Assembly (NCBI RefSeq): GCF_001677475.2
Contig: NZ_CP015229.1
DNA: 64,000 nucleotides
Strand: one strand, 5' to 3'
From: Escherichia coli
GTDB lineage: Bacteria; Pseudomonadota; Gammaproteobacteria; Enterobacterales; Enterobacteriaceae
The notes below the pieces were generated by a model, which worked only from the letters and a program-made list of their open reading frames with translations, ran no database searches and was not told where the DNA came from. This document shows, one piece after another, positions 1 through 12,613 of the stretch. How positions within the stretch are numbered: position 1 is the first letter of the stretch; each line of letters begins with the position of its first letter. Both the position numbers and the translations under genes were made by a program.

Positions 1-2
1 CC

Positions 3-578
3 GTGCCGGAGGGTGACAGTACGGTGGATGTCGCTAACCGCCTGATTGACTGGTGCCAGTCGCGCGGTGAAGCGGTTATCGCCAGTCAGGACTGGCACCC
101 GGCGAATCACGGCAGTTTTGCCAGTCAGCACGGTGTAGAGCCTTATACGCCAGGCCAACTCGACGGTTTGCCACAAACCTTCTGGCCAGATCACTGTGTG
201 CAGAACAGTGAAGGCGCACAATTACATCCGTTACTGAACCAAAAAGCGATCGCAGCGGTGTTCCATAAAGGCGAAAATCCTTTAGTTGACAGTTACAGTG
301 CCTTTTTTGATAACGGCCGTCGGCAGAAAACCTCGCTTGATGACTGGTTACGCGATCATGAAATCGATGAATTGATCGTTATGGGCCTGGCTACTGACTA
401 TTGCGTGAAGTTTACCGTGCTGGACGCGTTACAGTTAGGTTATAAGGTAAACGTGATTACCGATGGTTGTCGTGGCGTGAATATCCAGCCCCAGGACAGT
501 GCGCACGCGTTTATGGAGATGTCAGCAGCTGGGGCAACGCTATATACGCTGGCAGACTGGGAAGAGACGCAGGGGTAA
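3..578 (+). CDS. pncA: Nicotinamidase/pyrazinamidase PncA, 5'-truncated by window edge (the leading M in the ORF track is an internal GTG)
   Basis: ORF 3..578; isochorismatase-like sequence; lies upstream of the yeaC-msrB-gapA neighbourhood. Confidence 0.8.
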   Translation: MPEGDSTVDVANRLIDWCQSRGEAVIASQDWHPANHGSFASQHGVEPYTPGQLDGLPQTFWPDHCVQNSEGAQLHPLLNQKAIAAVFHKGENPLVDSYSAFFDNGRRQKTSLDDWLRDHEIDELIVMGLATDYCVKFTVLDALQLGYKVNVITDGCRGVNIQPQDSAHAFMEMSAAGATLYTLADWEETQG

Positions 579-598
579 TATTAGTTGAATTCATCTCT

Positions 599-629
599 GG
601 CCTACATTTCCTCAATGACATTGTAGGCC
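599..629. terminator. Inverted-repeat hairpin (ggcctaca...tgtaggcc) in the pncA-yeaC spacer; possible terminator
   Basis: 8-bp perfect stem read directly from sequence, just 3' of pncA stop. Confidence 0.3.
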
Positions 630-738
630 AGATAATACTTGTCAGTGTTGCATTTAACCTACTTACAGCTAAAACACGACGTCCGAACAAGTATATTTGC
701 CCTCCCTTAATAACAGGCTTAAATACTAGATAACTCAT

Positions 739-1011
739 TCACTTAAACATGGCAATAGGCTTTGCTGAGATACCAAAATCTTCTTTTAACTGCTGTTTGC
801 TCTTCATGACCATCTGACCATTTGTGTCAATTGTCATATGCTGTGCTTCGGTATTATGGCGGGCTTGCCACAGCATCACCAATTGCAGGCAGTTCTCTTT
901 TTGTTCCTCGGTCAACGCACCGCCATCGGGCCATTTCCCCAGTTCAACGGCGGTCGACAAACGCTGGTATACCTCAGGCGTCATGCTGTTGATAATGTCA
1001 TCAAGATTCAT
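739..1011 (-). CDS. yeaC: DUF1315 protein YeaC
   Basis: ORF 739..1056; start set at internal ATG (MNLDDIINSM) to avoid overlap with msrB; 90 aa. Confidence 0.75.
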   Translation of the reverse strand: MNLDDIINSMTPEVYQRLSTAVELGKWPDGGALTEEQKENCLQLVMLWQARHNTEAQHMTIDTNGQMVMKSKQQLKEDFGISAKPIAMFK

Positions 1012-1052
1012 AATTTTTCCGCTCCTGTGGAATAAGTTGCTGAATCGTTTTT

Positions 1053-1466
1053 TCAACCGTTGATTTCTTCGCCGTTTTCACCATCAGTGAAGCGTAAAGA
1101 AGCAGAGTTAACACAATAACGTTCGCCCGTTGGCTGCGGCCCGTCAGGGAAGACATGCCCCAGATGGGCATCACAGTTACCGCAACGAATTTCTATGCGC
1201 TGCATTCCATGTGACAAGTCTTTGATATAACGAATGGATTCTTCACTCACCGGTTCGTAGAAACTGGGCCAGCCACAGCCGGAATCATACTTGGTTTGGG
1301 AATGAAACAGCGGGGCATCGCAGATCAAACAGTGATATACGCCGTCACGCTTGTTATGCAGTAAACGACCCGTAAATGGCGGCTCTGTCCCATGATTCTG
1401 CGTCACGTAAAACTGCATCTCGGACAAATTTTTTTTCAGTTCTTCTGCCGAAGGTTTATTAGCCAT
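1053..1466 (-). CDS. msrB: Peptide methionine-(R)-S-oxide reductase MsrB
   Basis: ORF 1053..1496; SelR domain with CxxC...CxxC zinc motif and [13 protein letters not shown]; start set at [10 protein letters not shown]. Confidence 0.9.
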
Positions 1467-1795
1467 TTGCTCACATCTCACTTTAATCGTGCTCACATTA
1501 CGTGACTGATTCTAACAAAACATTAACACCAACTGGCAAAATTTTGTCCTAAACTTGATCTCGACGAAATGGCTGCACCTAAATCGTGATGAAAATCACA
1601 TTTTTATCGTAATTGCCCTTTAAAATTCGGGGCGCCGACCCCATGTGGTCTCAAGCCCAAAGGAAGAGTGAGGCGAGTCAGTCGCGTAATGCTTAGGCAC
1701 AGGATTGATTTGTCGCAATGATTGACACGATTCCGCTTGACGCTGCGTAAGGTTTTTGTAATTTTACAGGCAACCTTTTATTCACTAACAAATAG

Positions 1796-2803
<1,008 letters not shown>

Positions 2804-2824
2804 GTTGAGATGACACTGTGATCT

Positions 2825-2855
2825 AAAAAGAGCGACTTCGGTCGCTCTTTTTTTT
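2825..2855 (+). terminator. Rho-independent terminator of gapA
   Basis: aaaaagagcgacttcggtcgctc followed by T8 run, immediately after gapA stop. Confidence 0.7.
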
Positions 2856-2886
2856 ACCTGATAAAATGAAGTTAAAGGACTGCGTC

Positions 2887-3771
2887 ATGATTAAGAAAAT
2901 TTTTGCCCTTCCGGTCATCGAACAAATCTCCCCTGTCCTCTCCCGTCGTAAACTGGATGAACTGGACCTCATTGTGGTCGATCATCCCCAGGTAAAAGCC
3001 TCTTTTGCATTACAGGGCGCACACCTTCTCTCGTGGAAACCTGCGGGTGAAGAAGAAGTTCTGTGGTTGAGTAACAACACACCGTTCAAAAATGGCGTCG
3101 CCATTCGCGGTGGCGTACCGGTTTGCTGGCCGTGGTTTGGTCCGGCTGCACAACAAGGTCTGCCTGCGCACGGTTTTGCCCGCAACCTGCCGTGGACGCT
3201 GAAATCACATCGTGAAGATGCTGATGGCGTAGCGCTGACTTTTGAATTGACACAAAGCGAAGAGACGAAAAAATTCTGGCCACACGACTTTACGCTATTA
3301 GCGCATTTCCGCGTGGGTAAAGCCTGTGAAATCGATCTTGAAGCACACGGCGAATTTGAAACCACCTCTGCACTGCATACCTACTTTAACGTGGGTAATA
3401 TCGCTAAGGTAAGCGTCAGTGGGCTGGGCGATCGCTTCATTGATAAAGTGAATGACGCGAAAGAAGATGTACTGACCGACGGTATTCAGACCTTCCCTGA
3501 CCGTACCGATCGCGTGTATCTGAATCCGCAAGATTGCAGCGTTATTAATGATGAAGCGCTGAATCGTATTATCGCCGTAGGCCACCAGCATCATCTGAAC
3601 GTTGTAGGCTGGAACCCAGGACCGGCGCTTTCAGTTAGCATGGGCGATATGCCGGATGATGGCTACAAGACCTTTGTTTGTGTAGAAACGGCTTACGCTT
3701 CAGAAACGCAAAAAGTGACCAAAGAGAAACCTGCACATCTGGCGCAATCCATTCGCGTTGCGAAACGTTAA
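2887..3771 (+). CDS. yeaD: Putative glucose-6-phosphate 1-epimerase (aldose 1-epimerase family) YeaD
   Basis: ORF 2866..3771; start set at ATG 2887 (MIKKIFALP), 294 aa. Confidence 0.8.
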   Translation: MIKKIFALPVIEQISPVLSRRKLDELDLIVVDHPQVKASFALQGAHLLSWKPAGEEEVLWLSNNTPFKNGVAIRGGVPVCWPWFGPAAQQGLPAHGFARNLPWTLKSHREDADGVALTFELTQSEETKKFWPHDFTLLAHFRVGKACEIDLEAHGEFETTSALHTYFNVGNIAKVSVSGLGDRFIDKVNDAKEDVLTDGIQTFPDRTDRVYLNPQDCSVINDEALNRIIAVGHQHHLNVVGWNPGPALSVSMGDMPDDGYKTFVCVETAYASETQKVTKEKPAHLAQSIRVAKR

Positions 3772-3821
3772 TTTGCGTTAATGTTGTGTGCCGGGTGCGA
3801 TGCATCCGGCACGTATCAACA

Positions 3822-4676
3822 TCACACCATATCCAGCGCAGTTTTTCCTTTTGGTGCCGGATATGCCTTATCCAGCATAGCTAATTCCGCTGACGAAAGT
3901 TCAACCTCAAGCACAGCCGCATTTTGTTGGACATGGGCAATCGTGGCCGCTTTTGGAATCGCCATCACCCCCTGATGGCTGATTACCCACGCCAACAATA
4001 CTTGTGCCGCGCTGATATTGTGAGCATGTGCAATTTCGTTGACTACCGCGTTTTTTAACAGCCCATTGCGCAACCGCCCGGCCTGAGCTAACGGACTGTA
4101 AGCCATCACCGGTATCTGCTGTTGCTGGCACCAGGGGAGTAGATCGTACTCAATCCCTCGTGAACCGAGATGGTAAAGCACCTGATTAGTGGCACACTGA
4201 TTTCCCCCCGGCAGCTGCCAGAGTTCCTGCATATCGGCATAATCAAGGTTAGAAACGCCCCAGCGGCGGATTTTTCCCCCGGCGATCAATTTTTCCATCG
4301 CTGCGACAGTCTCTTCAAAAGCGAAACTGCCAGACCAGTGTAATAAGTAAAGATCGAGATAATCAGTATTGAGACGGCGTAAACTGGCTTCGCATGCATT
4401 TATCGCTTTTTGCCCGCCAGCATTCCACGGATAGACTTTAGAGACGAGAAAGACCTTCTCTCGCAGACCGGCTAATGCCTCCCCAACCACCTTTTCGGCA
4501 CCGCCATCGGCATACATTTCGGCGGTATCAATGAGGGTTAAACCGAGCTCAATGCCCGCGCGTAGTGCAGCAACTTCTGTTTTACGCTTACTAGCGTCTT
4601 CGCCCATATACCATGTTCCCTGCCCAATGGCTGGCAGTGAGACATCGCCACTAAATTGAATCATTTTTTGTTGCAT
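3822..4676 (-). CDS. yeaE: Aldo-keto reductase (methylglyoxal reductase) YeaE
   Basis: ORF 3822..4676, 284 aa; AKR-family sequence. Confidence 0.8.
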   Translation of the reverse strand: MQQKMIQFSGDVSLPAIGQGTWYMGEDASKRKTEVAALRAGIELGLTLIDTAEMYADGGAEKVVGEALAGLREKVFLVSKVYPWNAGGQKAINACEASLRRLNTDYLDLYLLHWSGSFAFEETVAAMEKLIAGGKIRRWGVSNLDYADMQELWQLPGGNQCATNQVLYHLGSRGIEYDLLPWCQQQQIPVMAYSPLAQAGRLRNGLLKNAVVNEIAHAHNISAAQVLLAWVISHQGVMAIPKAATIAHVQQNAAVLEVELSSAELAMLDKAYPAPKGKTALDMV

Positions 4677-4765
4677 TGTTTCCTCCCAGGTATTGCACCA
4701 CCGTAATGCAAAACAGGGCGTGACGCCCTGTTTTTATGCACAAAATGCCCTGGAAAGATGCATTA

Positions 4766-5512
4766 TCAGAATTTGTAGGTGATCCCGGTAGAAATCAGGC
4801 CAGTCCAGGATTTATCCACCATTGGGCTGTCAGTAACTTCATCAGACAGACGGGTGTAGCGCGCGGTACCGTAAACACTCCAGTCGCCGAGGAAGTTGTA
4901 GCTGGCGCTCAGCTCCAGGTAAGGGCTCCAGCTGTCGTTCGGGTTATAGCCACGCAGACCGCTGCGAGCGGACTCTTTGCGCGATACGCCATAATAGTAT
5001 TCGTTCTGGTTTTCGCTGTTCCACTGCACACCAATACCCGGAGTCACGGTCAGGCCGCCGTTGGTGTAACGATACAACCAGGCCATATCCCAGACGATGC
5101 CGTTGCTGTTATCCAGGGTATCGCCAGCCAGGGTGGTACGCAGGTAACCGTACTGGGTAAAGTGAGCATAAGACAGACCAGCCATCATGGTGCTCTTACG
5201 GTCATCCAGGTGACGCATTTGGTGATCGCCACTGTCTTTAGCTTTGAAGTAAAGCGGCGACCAGTAAGCGGTAATTGAAAGTTTGTCCGTTGCGTCATTC
5301 CACAGGTAGTAACCACCACCTAAGCCACGGAACCAGAAGTTATCGCCTTCATAGTTGATTACCGGTACTGGGTAAACATCGGTATCGTAATCTTTATATG
5401 GGTGTTCAACGACACCTACGCCTGCGCCCAGGGAAAATTTACCTTCAGCGTGCGCTACGCCTGCAGACGTTGCGATAAGCACTCCAAGTGCCAGAAGTTT
5501 GAGTTTGGTCAC
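4766..5512 (-). CDS. mipA: MltA-interacting outer-membrane protein MipA
   Basis: ORF 4766..5512, 248 aa; signal peptide (MTKLKLLALGVLIATSAGVAHA) and beta-barrel-like aromatic-rich sequence ending in F. Confidence 0.85.
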   Translation of the reverse strand: MTKLKLLALGVLIATSAGVAHAEGKFSLGAGVGVVEHPYKDYDTDVYPVPVINYEGDNFWFRGLGGGYYLWNDATDKLSITAYWSPLYFKAKDSGDHQMRHLDDRKSTMMAGLSYAHFTQYGYLRTTLAGDTLDNSNGIVWDMAWLYRYTNGGLTVTPGIGVQWNSENQNEYYYGVSRKESARSGLRGYNPNDSWSPYLELSASYNFLGDWSVYGTARYTRLSDEVTDSPMVDKSWTGLISTGITYKF

Positions 5513-5947
5513 AATTAATCATTCCTTAAACAAATGTTTAGCGGGCGACAAAGTTTACCCGTCAATACATCGAAACCCAACCTTTTTACGTTTTCATTTT
5601 TTAAAGTAACTGTTTAATTTTCCTGACGCGGATGACACCGCGCTTACAGCCAAATGAATTTAGCGTTACTGGCGAGCCTGGTCTTTACATTAATTATGCA
5701 AAATTTATGGATGAGTTGTTGATATGCCATTGAAATTAAGAAAGCCGTGCAGGCAAGTTTTCCATTTGCCATCTACGCTTAATTTTGAAGGTGTATCACC
5801 GGGCACGTTGTTCTCATCGTCGATAAAATGGCATGAGAGTTGCTGTGTTTTAGCAAGAGACGTCGTTCAGTTTACCTCTTCCGGGAGCCTCTACTATTCA
5901 TATGAACGGCTCTTAACCTGTGCTAAAAAACGAAAGGACGGCATACC

Positions 5948-7882
5948 ATGAATATATTCGATCACTATCGCCAGCGATATGAAGCTGCCAAGGACGAAGA
6001 GTTCACACTGCAGGAGTTTCTTACCACTTGTCGGCAAGATCGCAGTGCTTATGCCAACGCGGCTGAGCGGCTATTGATGGCTATCGGTGAGCCTGTCATG
6101 GTCGATACAGCCCAGGAACCCAGACTTTCTCGACTCTTTTCTAACCGGGTCATAGCACGTTATCCGGCATTTGAAGAGTTTTACGGCATGGAAGACGCGA
6201 TTGAACAGATTGTCTCTTATCTGAAACACGCGGCTCAGGGGCTGGAAGAGAAGAAACAAATCCTGTATCTGCTGGGGCCTGTGGGTGGGGGTAAATCATC
6301 GCTTGCTGAGCGACTGAAATCATTGATGCAGCTCGTACCGATTTATGTATTGAGCGCCAACGGTGAGCGTAGCCCGGTCAACGATCATCCGTTCTGTCTT
6401 TTCAATCCGCAGGAAGATGCTCAGATTCTGGAAAAAGAGTATGGCATTCCTCGCCGTTATCTCGGCACCATCATGTCGCCGTGGGCGGCAAAACGCCTGC
6501 ATGAATTTGGTGGCGATATCACTAAGTTCCGGGTAGTGAAGGTCTGGCCGTCAATTCTGCAACAAATTGCTATCGCCAAAACGGAACCCGGCGATGAGAA
6601 CAACCAGGACATCTCCGCGCTGGTAGGGAAAGTCGATATTCGTAAACTCGAACACTACGCGCAGAATGACCCGGACGCCTACGGCTATTCCGGTGCGCTG
6701 TGCCGCGCCAACCAGGGGATCATGGAATTCGTTGAGATGTTTAAAGCACCGATTAAAGTGCTGCATCCCTTGCTAACCGCCACTCAGGAAGGTAACTACA
6801 ACGGGACGGAAGGTATCTCCGCCCTGCCGTTCAACGGGATTATTCTCGCCCACTCGAACGAATCCGAATGGGTCACTTTCCGTAATAACAAAAACAACGA
6901 AGCCTTCCTCGATCGTGTTTACATCGTGAAGGTGCCGTATTGCTTGCGCATTTCCGAAGAGATCAAAATCTACGAGAAATTGCTTAATCACAGTGAATTG
7001 ACTCACGCCCCCTGCGCCCCTGGCACGCTGGAAACGCTGTCACGTTTTTCCATTCTTTCGCGCCTTAAAGAGCCAGAAAACTCCAGCATTTATTCAAAGA
7101 TGCGGGTTTATGATGGCGAAAGTCTGAAAGACACAGATCCCAAAGCCAAGTCGTATCAGGAATATCGTGACTACGCCGGTGTCGATGAAGGGATGAACGG
7201 TCTGTCGACGCGTTTTGCGTTTAAGATCCTCTCCCGCGTGTTCAACTTCGATCATGTAGAAGTGGCGGCAAACCCGGTCCATCTGTTCTACGTCCTGGAA
7301 CAGCAGATCGAGCGCGAGCAGTTCCCGCAAGAGCAGGCAGAACGCTATCTGGAGTTCCTGAAAGGTTATCTGATCCCGAAATATGCCGAGTTTATCGGCA
7401 AAGAGATCCAGACGGCCTACCTTGAATCCTATTCCGAATATGGGCAAAACATTTTCGACCGTTATGTTACCTACGCGGATTTCTGGATTCAGGATCAGGA
7501 GTATCGCGATCCGGATACCGGGCAGTTGTTTGACCGCGAGTCTCTTAACGCCGAGCTGGAGAAAATCGAGAAACCGGCGGGGATCAGTAATCCAAAAGAT
7601 TTCCGCAACGAGATTGTTAACTTCGTACTGCGCGCCAGAGCGAATAACAGCGGACGCAATCCGAACTGGACCAGCTATGAAAAACTGCGCACGGTTATTG
7701 AGAAGAAAATGTTCTCCAATACCGAGGAGCTGTTGCCGGTTATTTCGTTTAACGCCAAAACGTCAACCGACGAGCAGAAGAAACATGACGACTTTGTCGA
7801 CCGTATGATGGAAAAAGGCTACACCCGTAAACAGGTGCGTTTACTGTGCGAATGGTATTTGCGCGTACGTAAATCGTCTTAA
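5948..7882 (+). CDS. yeaG: PrkA-family serine protein kinase YeaG
   Basis: ORF 5948..7882, 644 aa; Walker A-like GPVGGGKSS; PrkA family. Confidence 0.9.
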   Translation: MNIFDHYRQRYEAAKDEEFTLQEFLTTCRQDRSAYANAAERLLMAIGEPVMVDTAQEPRLSRLFSNRVIARYPAFEEFYGMEDAIEQIVSYLKHAAQGLEEKKQILYLLGPVGGGKSSLAERLKSLMQLVPIYVLSANGERSPVNDHPFCLFNPQEDAQILEKEYGIPRRYLGTIMSPWAAKRLHEFGGDITKFRVVKVWPSILQQIAIAKTEPGDENNQDISALVGKVDIRKLEHYAQNDPDAYGYSGALCRANQGIMEFVEMFKAPIKVLHPLLTATQEGNYNGTEGISALPFNGIILAHSNESEWVTFRNNKNNEAFLDRVYIVKVPYCLRISEEIKIYEKLLNHSELTHAPCAPGTLETLSRFSILSRLKEPENSSIYSKMRVYDGESLKDTDPKAKSYQEYRDYAGVDEGMNGLSTRFAFKILSRVFNFDHVEVAANPVHLFYVLEQQIEREQFPQEQAERYLEFLKGYLIPKYAEFIGKEIQTAYLESYSEYGQNIFDRYVTYADFWIQDQEYRDPDTGQLFDRESLNAELEKIEKPAGISNPKDFRNEIVNFVLRARANNSGRNPNWTSYEKLRTVIEKKMFSNTEELLPVISFNAKTSTDEQKKHDDFVDRMMEKGYTRKQVRLLCEWYLRVRKSS

Positions 7883-7982
7883 CAACCCTGGCCCGGTACA
7901 CATGCTACCGGGCCTACAACGACAGCGAACCGTGGGCCAGAGAAGCGGCAACACAGGCGTAGCATACAGTTGGCAAATGTAG

Positions 7983-9278
<1,296 letters not shown>

Positions 9279-9424
9279 AACTATCAGCCGGGTCATTATC
9301 GCCTGGCTGATTTTTAGCTCACTGTAAATTATCTCATTTATTACATACATTAGCTTACAATCGCTTTAAATATGACAGCATAACCTTTACACAATTTAGT
9401 TCCAGAAAACAATCATTCGGAAAA

Positions 9425-10900
9425 ATGATTCGGTCAACACGTGTTTCCCTAGGGTTATTCTTTAAATATTTTTTATCGTTAACGAAAATTGATCCTGGTC
9501 AAAACTATATATCTCTGCCATCAATAAAATCCAGCACTCACATTGCTCTCCTTTTTATGGTTTCTATGGGTACACAAAAATTAAAAGCTCAAGGCTTTTT
9601 TATTTTCAGTTTATTGCTGACGTTAATTTTATTTTGCATTACTACCTTATATAACGAAAACACGAATGTAAAACTCATCCCACAGATGAATTACCTGATG
9701 GTTGTTGTGGCTTTGTTTTTCCTTAACGCCGTCATTTTTCTTTTCATGTTAATGAAATATTTCACTAACAAACAAATTTTACCAACACTCATTTTAAGCC
9801 TTGCATTTTTAAGTGGCCTTATCTATTTAGTTGAAACCATTGTAATTATCCATAAACCAATCAACGGCAGTACACTGATCCAGACAAAGTCGAATGATGT
9901 TTCTATTTTCTATATTTTCCGCCAACTCAGTTTTATTTGTTTAACCTCGCTGGCGCTCTTTTGTTATGGAAAAGACAACATCTTTGAAAACAATAAGAAA
10001 AAAACTGGCATTCTGTTACTGGCGCTGATTCCTTTTTTAGTTTTTCCCCTTCTGGCACACAATCTGAGCAGTTATAACGCTGACTATTCTTTGTATGTCG
10101 TCGATTACTGTCCGGACAACCATACTGCGACCTGGGGAATCAACTATACAAAAATATTGGTTTGTTTGTGGGCATTTTTACTGTTCTTTATTATCATGCG
10201 TACACGATTAGCCAGCGAACTATGGCCGTTAATAGCATTATTATGTCTGGCATCGCTATGCTGCAACTTACTTCTACTGACTCTGGATGAGTATAATTAC
10301 ACCATCTGGTATATCAGTCGTGGGATTGAAGTTTCCAGTAAACTGTTTGTTGTGTCTTTTCTGATTTATAACATTTTTCAGGAACTGCAACTCTCCAGCA
10401 AACTGGCAGTTCATGATGTGCTGACCAATATTTATAATCGGCGCTACTTTTTCAACAGCGTAGAGTCATTATTGTCGCGACCTGTTGTTAAGGACTTCTG
10501 TGTCATGCTGGTTGATATTAATCAGTTCAAACGCATCAATGCCCAATGGGGACATCGTGTGGGTGATAAAGTGCTGGTTTCAATTGTCGATATTATCCAG
10601 CAAAGCATCCGCCCCGATGATATTTTAGCGCGACTGGAGGGTGAGGTGTTTGGCTTGCTGTTTACCGAACTCAATAGTGCCCAGGCAAAAATCATTGCAG
10701 AACGTATGCGTAAAAATGTCGAACTCCTGACCGGCTTTAGTAACAGATATGATGTTCCTGAACAAATGACCATCAGTATTGGCACGGTTTTTTCAACGGG
10801 TGACACGCGTAATATCTCGCTTGTCATGACGGAAGCAGATAAAGCCTTACGCGAAGCGAAAAGCGAGGGGGGCAACAAAGTGATTATTCATCATATTTAA
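9425..10900 (+). CDS. yeaI: Membrane protein with degenerate GGDEF domain (EGEVF) YeaI/CdgI
   Basis: ORF 9425..10900, 491 aa; multi-TM N-terminus; GGDEF-like C-terminus with EGEVF in place of GG(D/E)EF; AT-rich gene. Confidence 0.8.
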   Translation: MIRSTRVSLGLFFKYFLSLTKIDPGQNYISLPSIKSSTHIALLFMVSMGTQKLKAQGFFIFSLLLTLILFCITTLYNENTNVKLIPQMNYLMVVVALFFLNAVIFLFMLMKYFTNKQILPTLILSLAFLSGLIYLVETIVIIHKPINGSTLIQTKSNDVSIFYIFRQLSFICLTSLALFCYGKDNIFENNKKKTGILLLALIPFLVFPLLAHNLSSYNADYSLYVVDYCPDNHTATWGINYTKILVCLWAFLLFFIIMRTRLASELWPLIALLCLASLCCNLLLLTLDEYNYTIWYISRGIEVSSKLFVVSFLIYNIFQELQLSSKLAVHDVLTNIYNRRYFFNSVESLLSRPVVKDFCVMLVDINQFKRINAQWGHRVGDKVLVSIVDIIQQSIRPDDILARLEGEVFGLLFTELNSAQAKIIAERMRKNVELLTGFSNRYDVPEQMTISIGTVFSTGDTRNISLVMTEADKALREAKSEGGNKVIIHHI

Positions 10901-11080
10901 GTGCAAAAATATTCAGAGCCATGCTTTTTGCGTGGCTTTTGCATACAATTTATTACTATTACCCCTAAATTTCCCCTCCCCAGCGGCGCAGAGATGAGTA
11001 TAATTAGCGCCCCTGTGCCAGGCCGCAATCGAACTTTATCTGGTTTTCTCGTTTCACTAACCGAAGGAGTGCCATTTATC

Positions 11081-12571
11081 ATGAAATTGCACCATAGAAT
11101 GCTCCGGCATTTTATCGCCGCAAGTGTCATTGTGCTGACATCTTCCTTCCTTATTTTTGAACTTGTCGCCAGCGACAGAGCAATGAGTGCTTATCTGCGC
11201 TATATCGTGCAGAGAGCAGACTCCTCCTTTCTTTATGATAAGTATCAGAATCAGAGTATTGCCGCGCATGTGATGCGCGCTCTCGCTGCTGAGCAGTCGG
11301 AAGTGTCGCCAGAACAGCGGCGCGCCATCTGCGAGGCTTTTGAGTCTGCCAATAATACCCATGGCTTAAACCTGACTGCCCATAAATACCCGGGCTTACG
11401 CGGCACACTACAAACCGCATCCACTGACTGCGACACAATTGTGGAAGCTGCAGCACTATTACCCGCTTTTGATCAGGCAGTGGAAGGCAACCGCCACCAG
11501 GATGATTACGGTTCAGGTCTTGGGATGGCCGAAGAGAAATTTCACTATTATCTCGATCTCAATGACCGCTATGTCTATTTTTATGAGCCGGTTAATGTTG
11601 AATACTTTGCGATGAATAACTGGTCCTTCCTGCAGTCAGGAAGTATTGGCATCGATCGCAAAGATATTGAAAAGGTATTTACCGGGCGTACCGTATTATC
11701 GAGCATTTACCAGGATCAGCGTACTAAACAGAACGTGATGAGTTTGCTGACGCCGGTATATGTCGCAGGGCAGCTAAAAGGGATTGTGCTGCTGGATATT
11801 AACAAAAACAATTTGCGGAATATCTTTTACACTCATGACCGCCCTCTCCTCTGGCGTTTTCTCAATGTCACGCTAACTGATACCGATTCGGGGCGCGACA
11901 TTATCATCAACCAGAGCGAAGATAATCTGTTCCAGTATGTCAGTTACGTCCATGACTTACCGGGCGGCATTCGTGTCTCGTTATCCATTGATATTCTTTA
12001 CTTTATCACGTCTTCGTGGAAAAGCGTTCTGTTCTGGATTTTGACGGCGTTAATTTTGCTGAATATGGTCCGGATGCACTTCCGTTTATACCAAAATGTG
12101 TCGCGAGAAAATATTAGTGATGCGATGACTGGACTGTATAATCGCAAAATTTTAACCCCTGAACTGGAACAGCGGTTGCAGAAACTGGTGCAATCCGGTT
12201 CTTCGGTGATGTTTATTGCTATTGACATGGACAAGTTAAAGCAAATAAATGACACCCTCGGTCATCAGGAGGGGGATTTAGCGATTACGTTATTAGCTCA
12301 GGCGATTAAACAGTCGATTCGTAAAAGTGATTATGCCATCCGACTCGGTGGCGATGAATTCTGCATCATCCTTGTCGATTCGACGCCGCAAATTGCAGCA
12401 CAACTGCCTGAACGTATCGAAAAACGTCTGCAACATATCGCGCCGCAGAAAGAGATCGGCTTCTCTTCCGGTATTTACGCGATGAAAGAAAACGATACGT
12501 TACATGATGCGTATAAAGCTTCCGATGAGCGTTTATATGTCAATAAGCAGAACAAAAACAGCCGTTCATGA
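11081..12571 (+). CDS. dgcJ: Diguanylate cyclase DgcJ (YeaJ), periplasmic sensor plus GGDEF
   Basis: ORF 10901..12571; start set at ATG 11081 (MKLHHRMLRH) preceded by aaggagt RBS; RLGGDEF active-site motif. Confidence 0.8.
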   Translation: MKLHHRMLRHFIAASVIVLTSSFLIFELVASDRAMSAYLRYIVQRADSSFLYDKYQNQSIAAHVMRALAAEQSEVSPEQRRAICEAFESANNTHGLNLTAHKYPGLRGTLQTASTDCDTIVEAAALLPAFDQAVEGNRHQDDYGSGLGMAEEKFHYYLDLNDRYVYFYEPVNVEYFAMNNWSFLQSGSIGIDRKDIEKVFTGRTVLSSIYQDQRTKQNVMSLLTPVYVAGQLKGIVLLDINKNNLRNIFYTHDRPLLWRFLNVTLTDTDSGRDIIINQSEDNLFQYVSYVHDLPGGIRVSLSIDILYFITSSWKSVLFWILTALILLNMVRMHFRLYQNVSRENISDAMTGLYNRKILTPELEQRLQKLVQSGSSVMFIAIDMDKLKQINDTLGHQEGDLAITLLAQAIKQSIRKSDYAIRLGGDEFCIILVDSTPQIAAQLPERIEKRLQHIAPQKEIGFSSGIYAMKENDTLHDAYKASDERLYVNKQNKNSRS

Positions 12572-12613
12572 TAACCTTCTGTGATTGTTTGCTTGTAATC
12601 TCAGGAGCATGAA

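Noticed and set aside
4736-5278. 180-aa plus-strand ORF overlapping mipA
   Set aside because: Antisense to mipA, which has a clear signal peptide and barrel-like sequence; no independent support.
10901-11080. N-terminal 60-aa extension of dgcJ in the ORF track
   Set aside because: No RBS; the extension runs through promoter-like sequence; ATG 11081 has a good Shine-Dalgarno and starts the recognisable protein.
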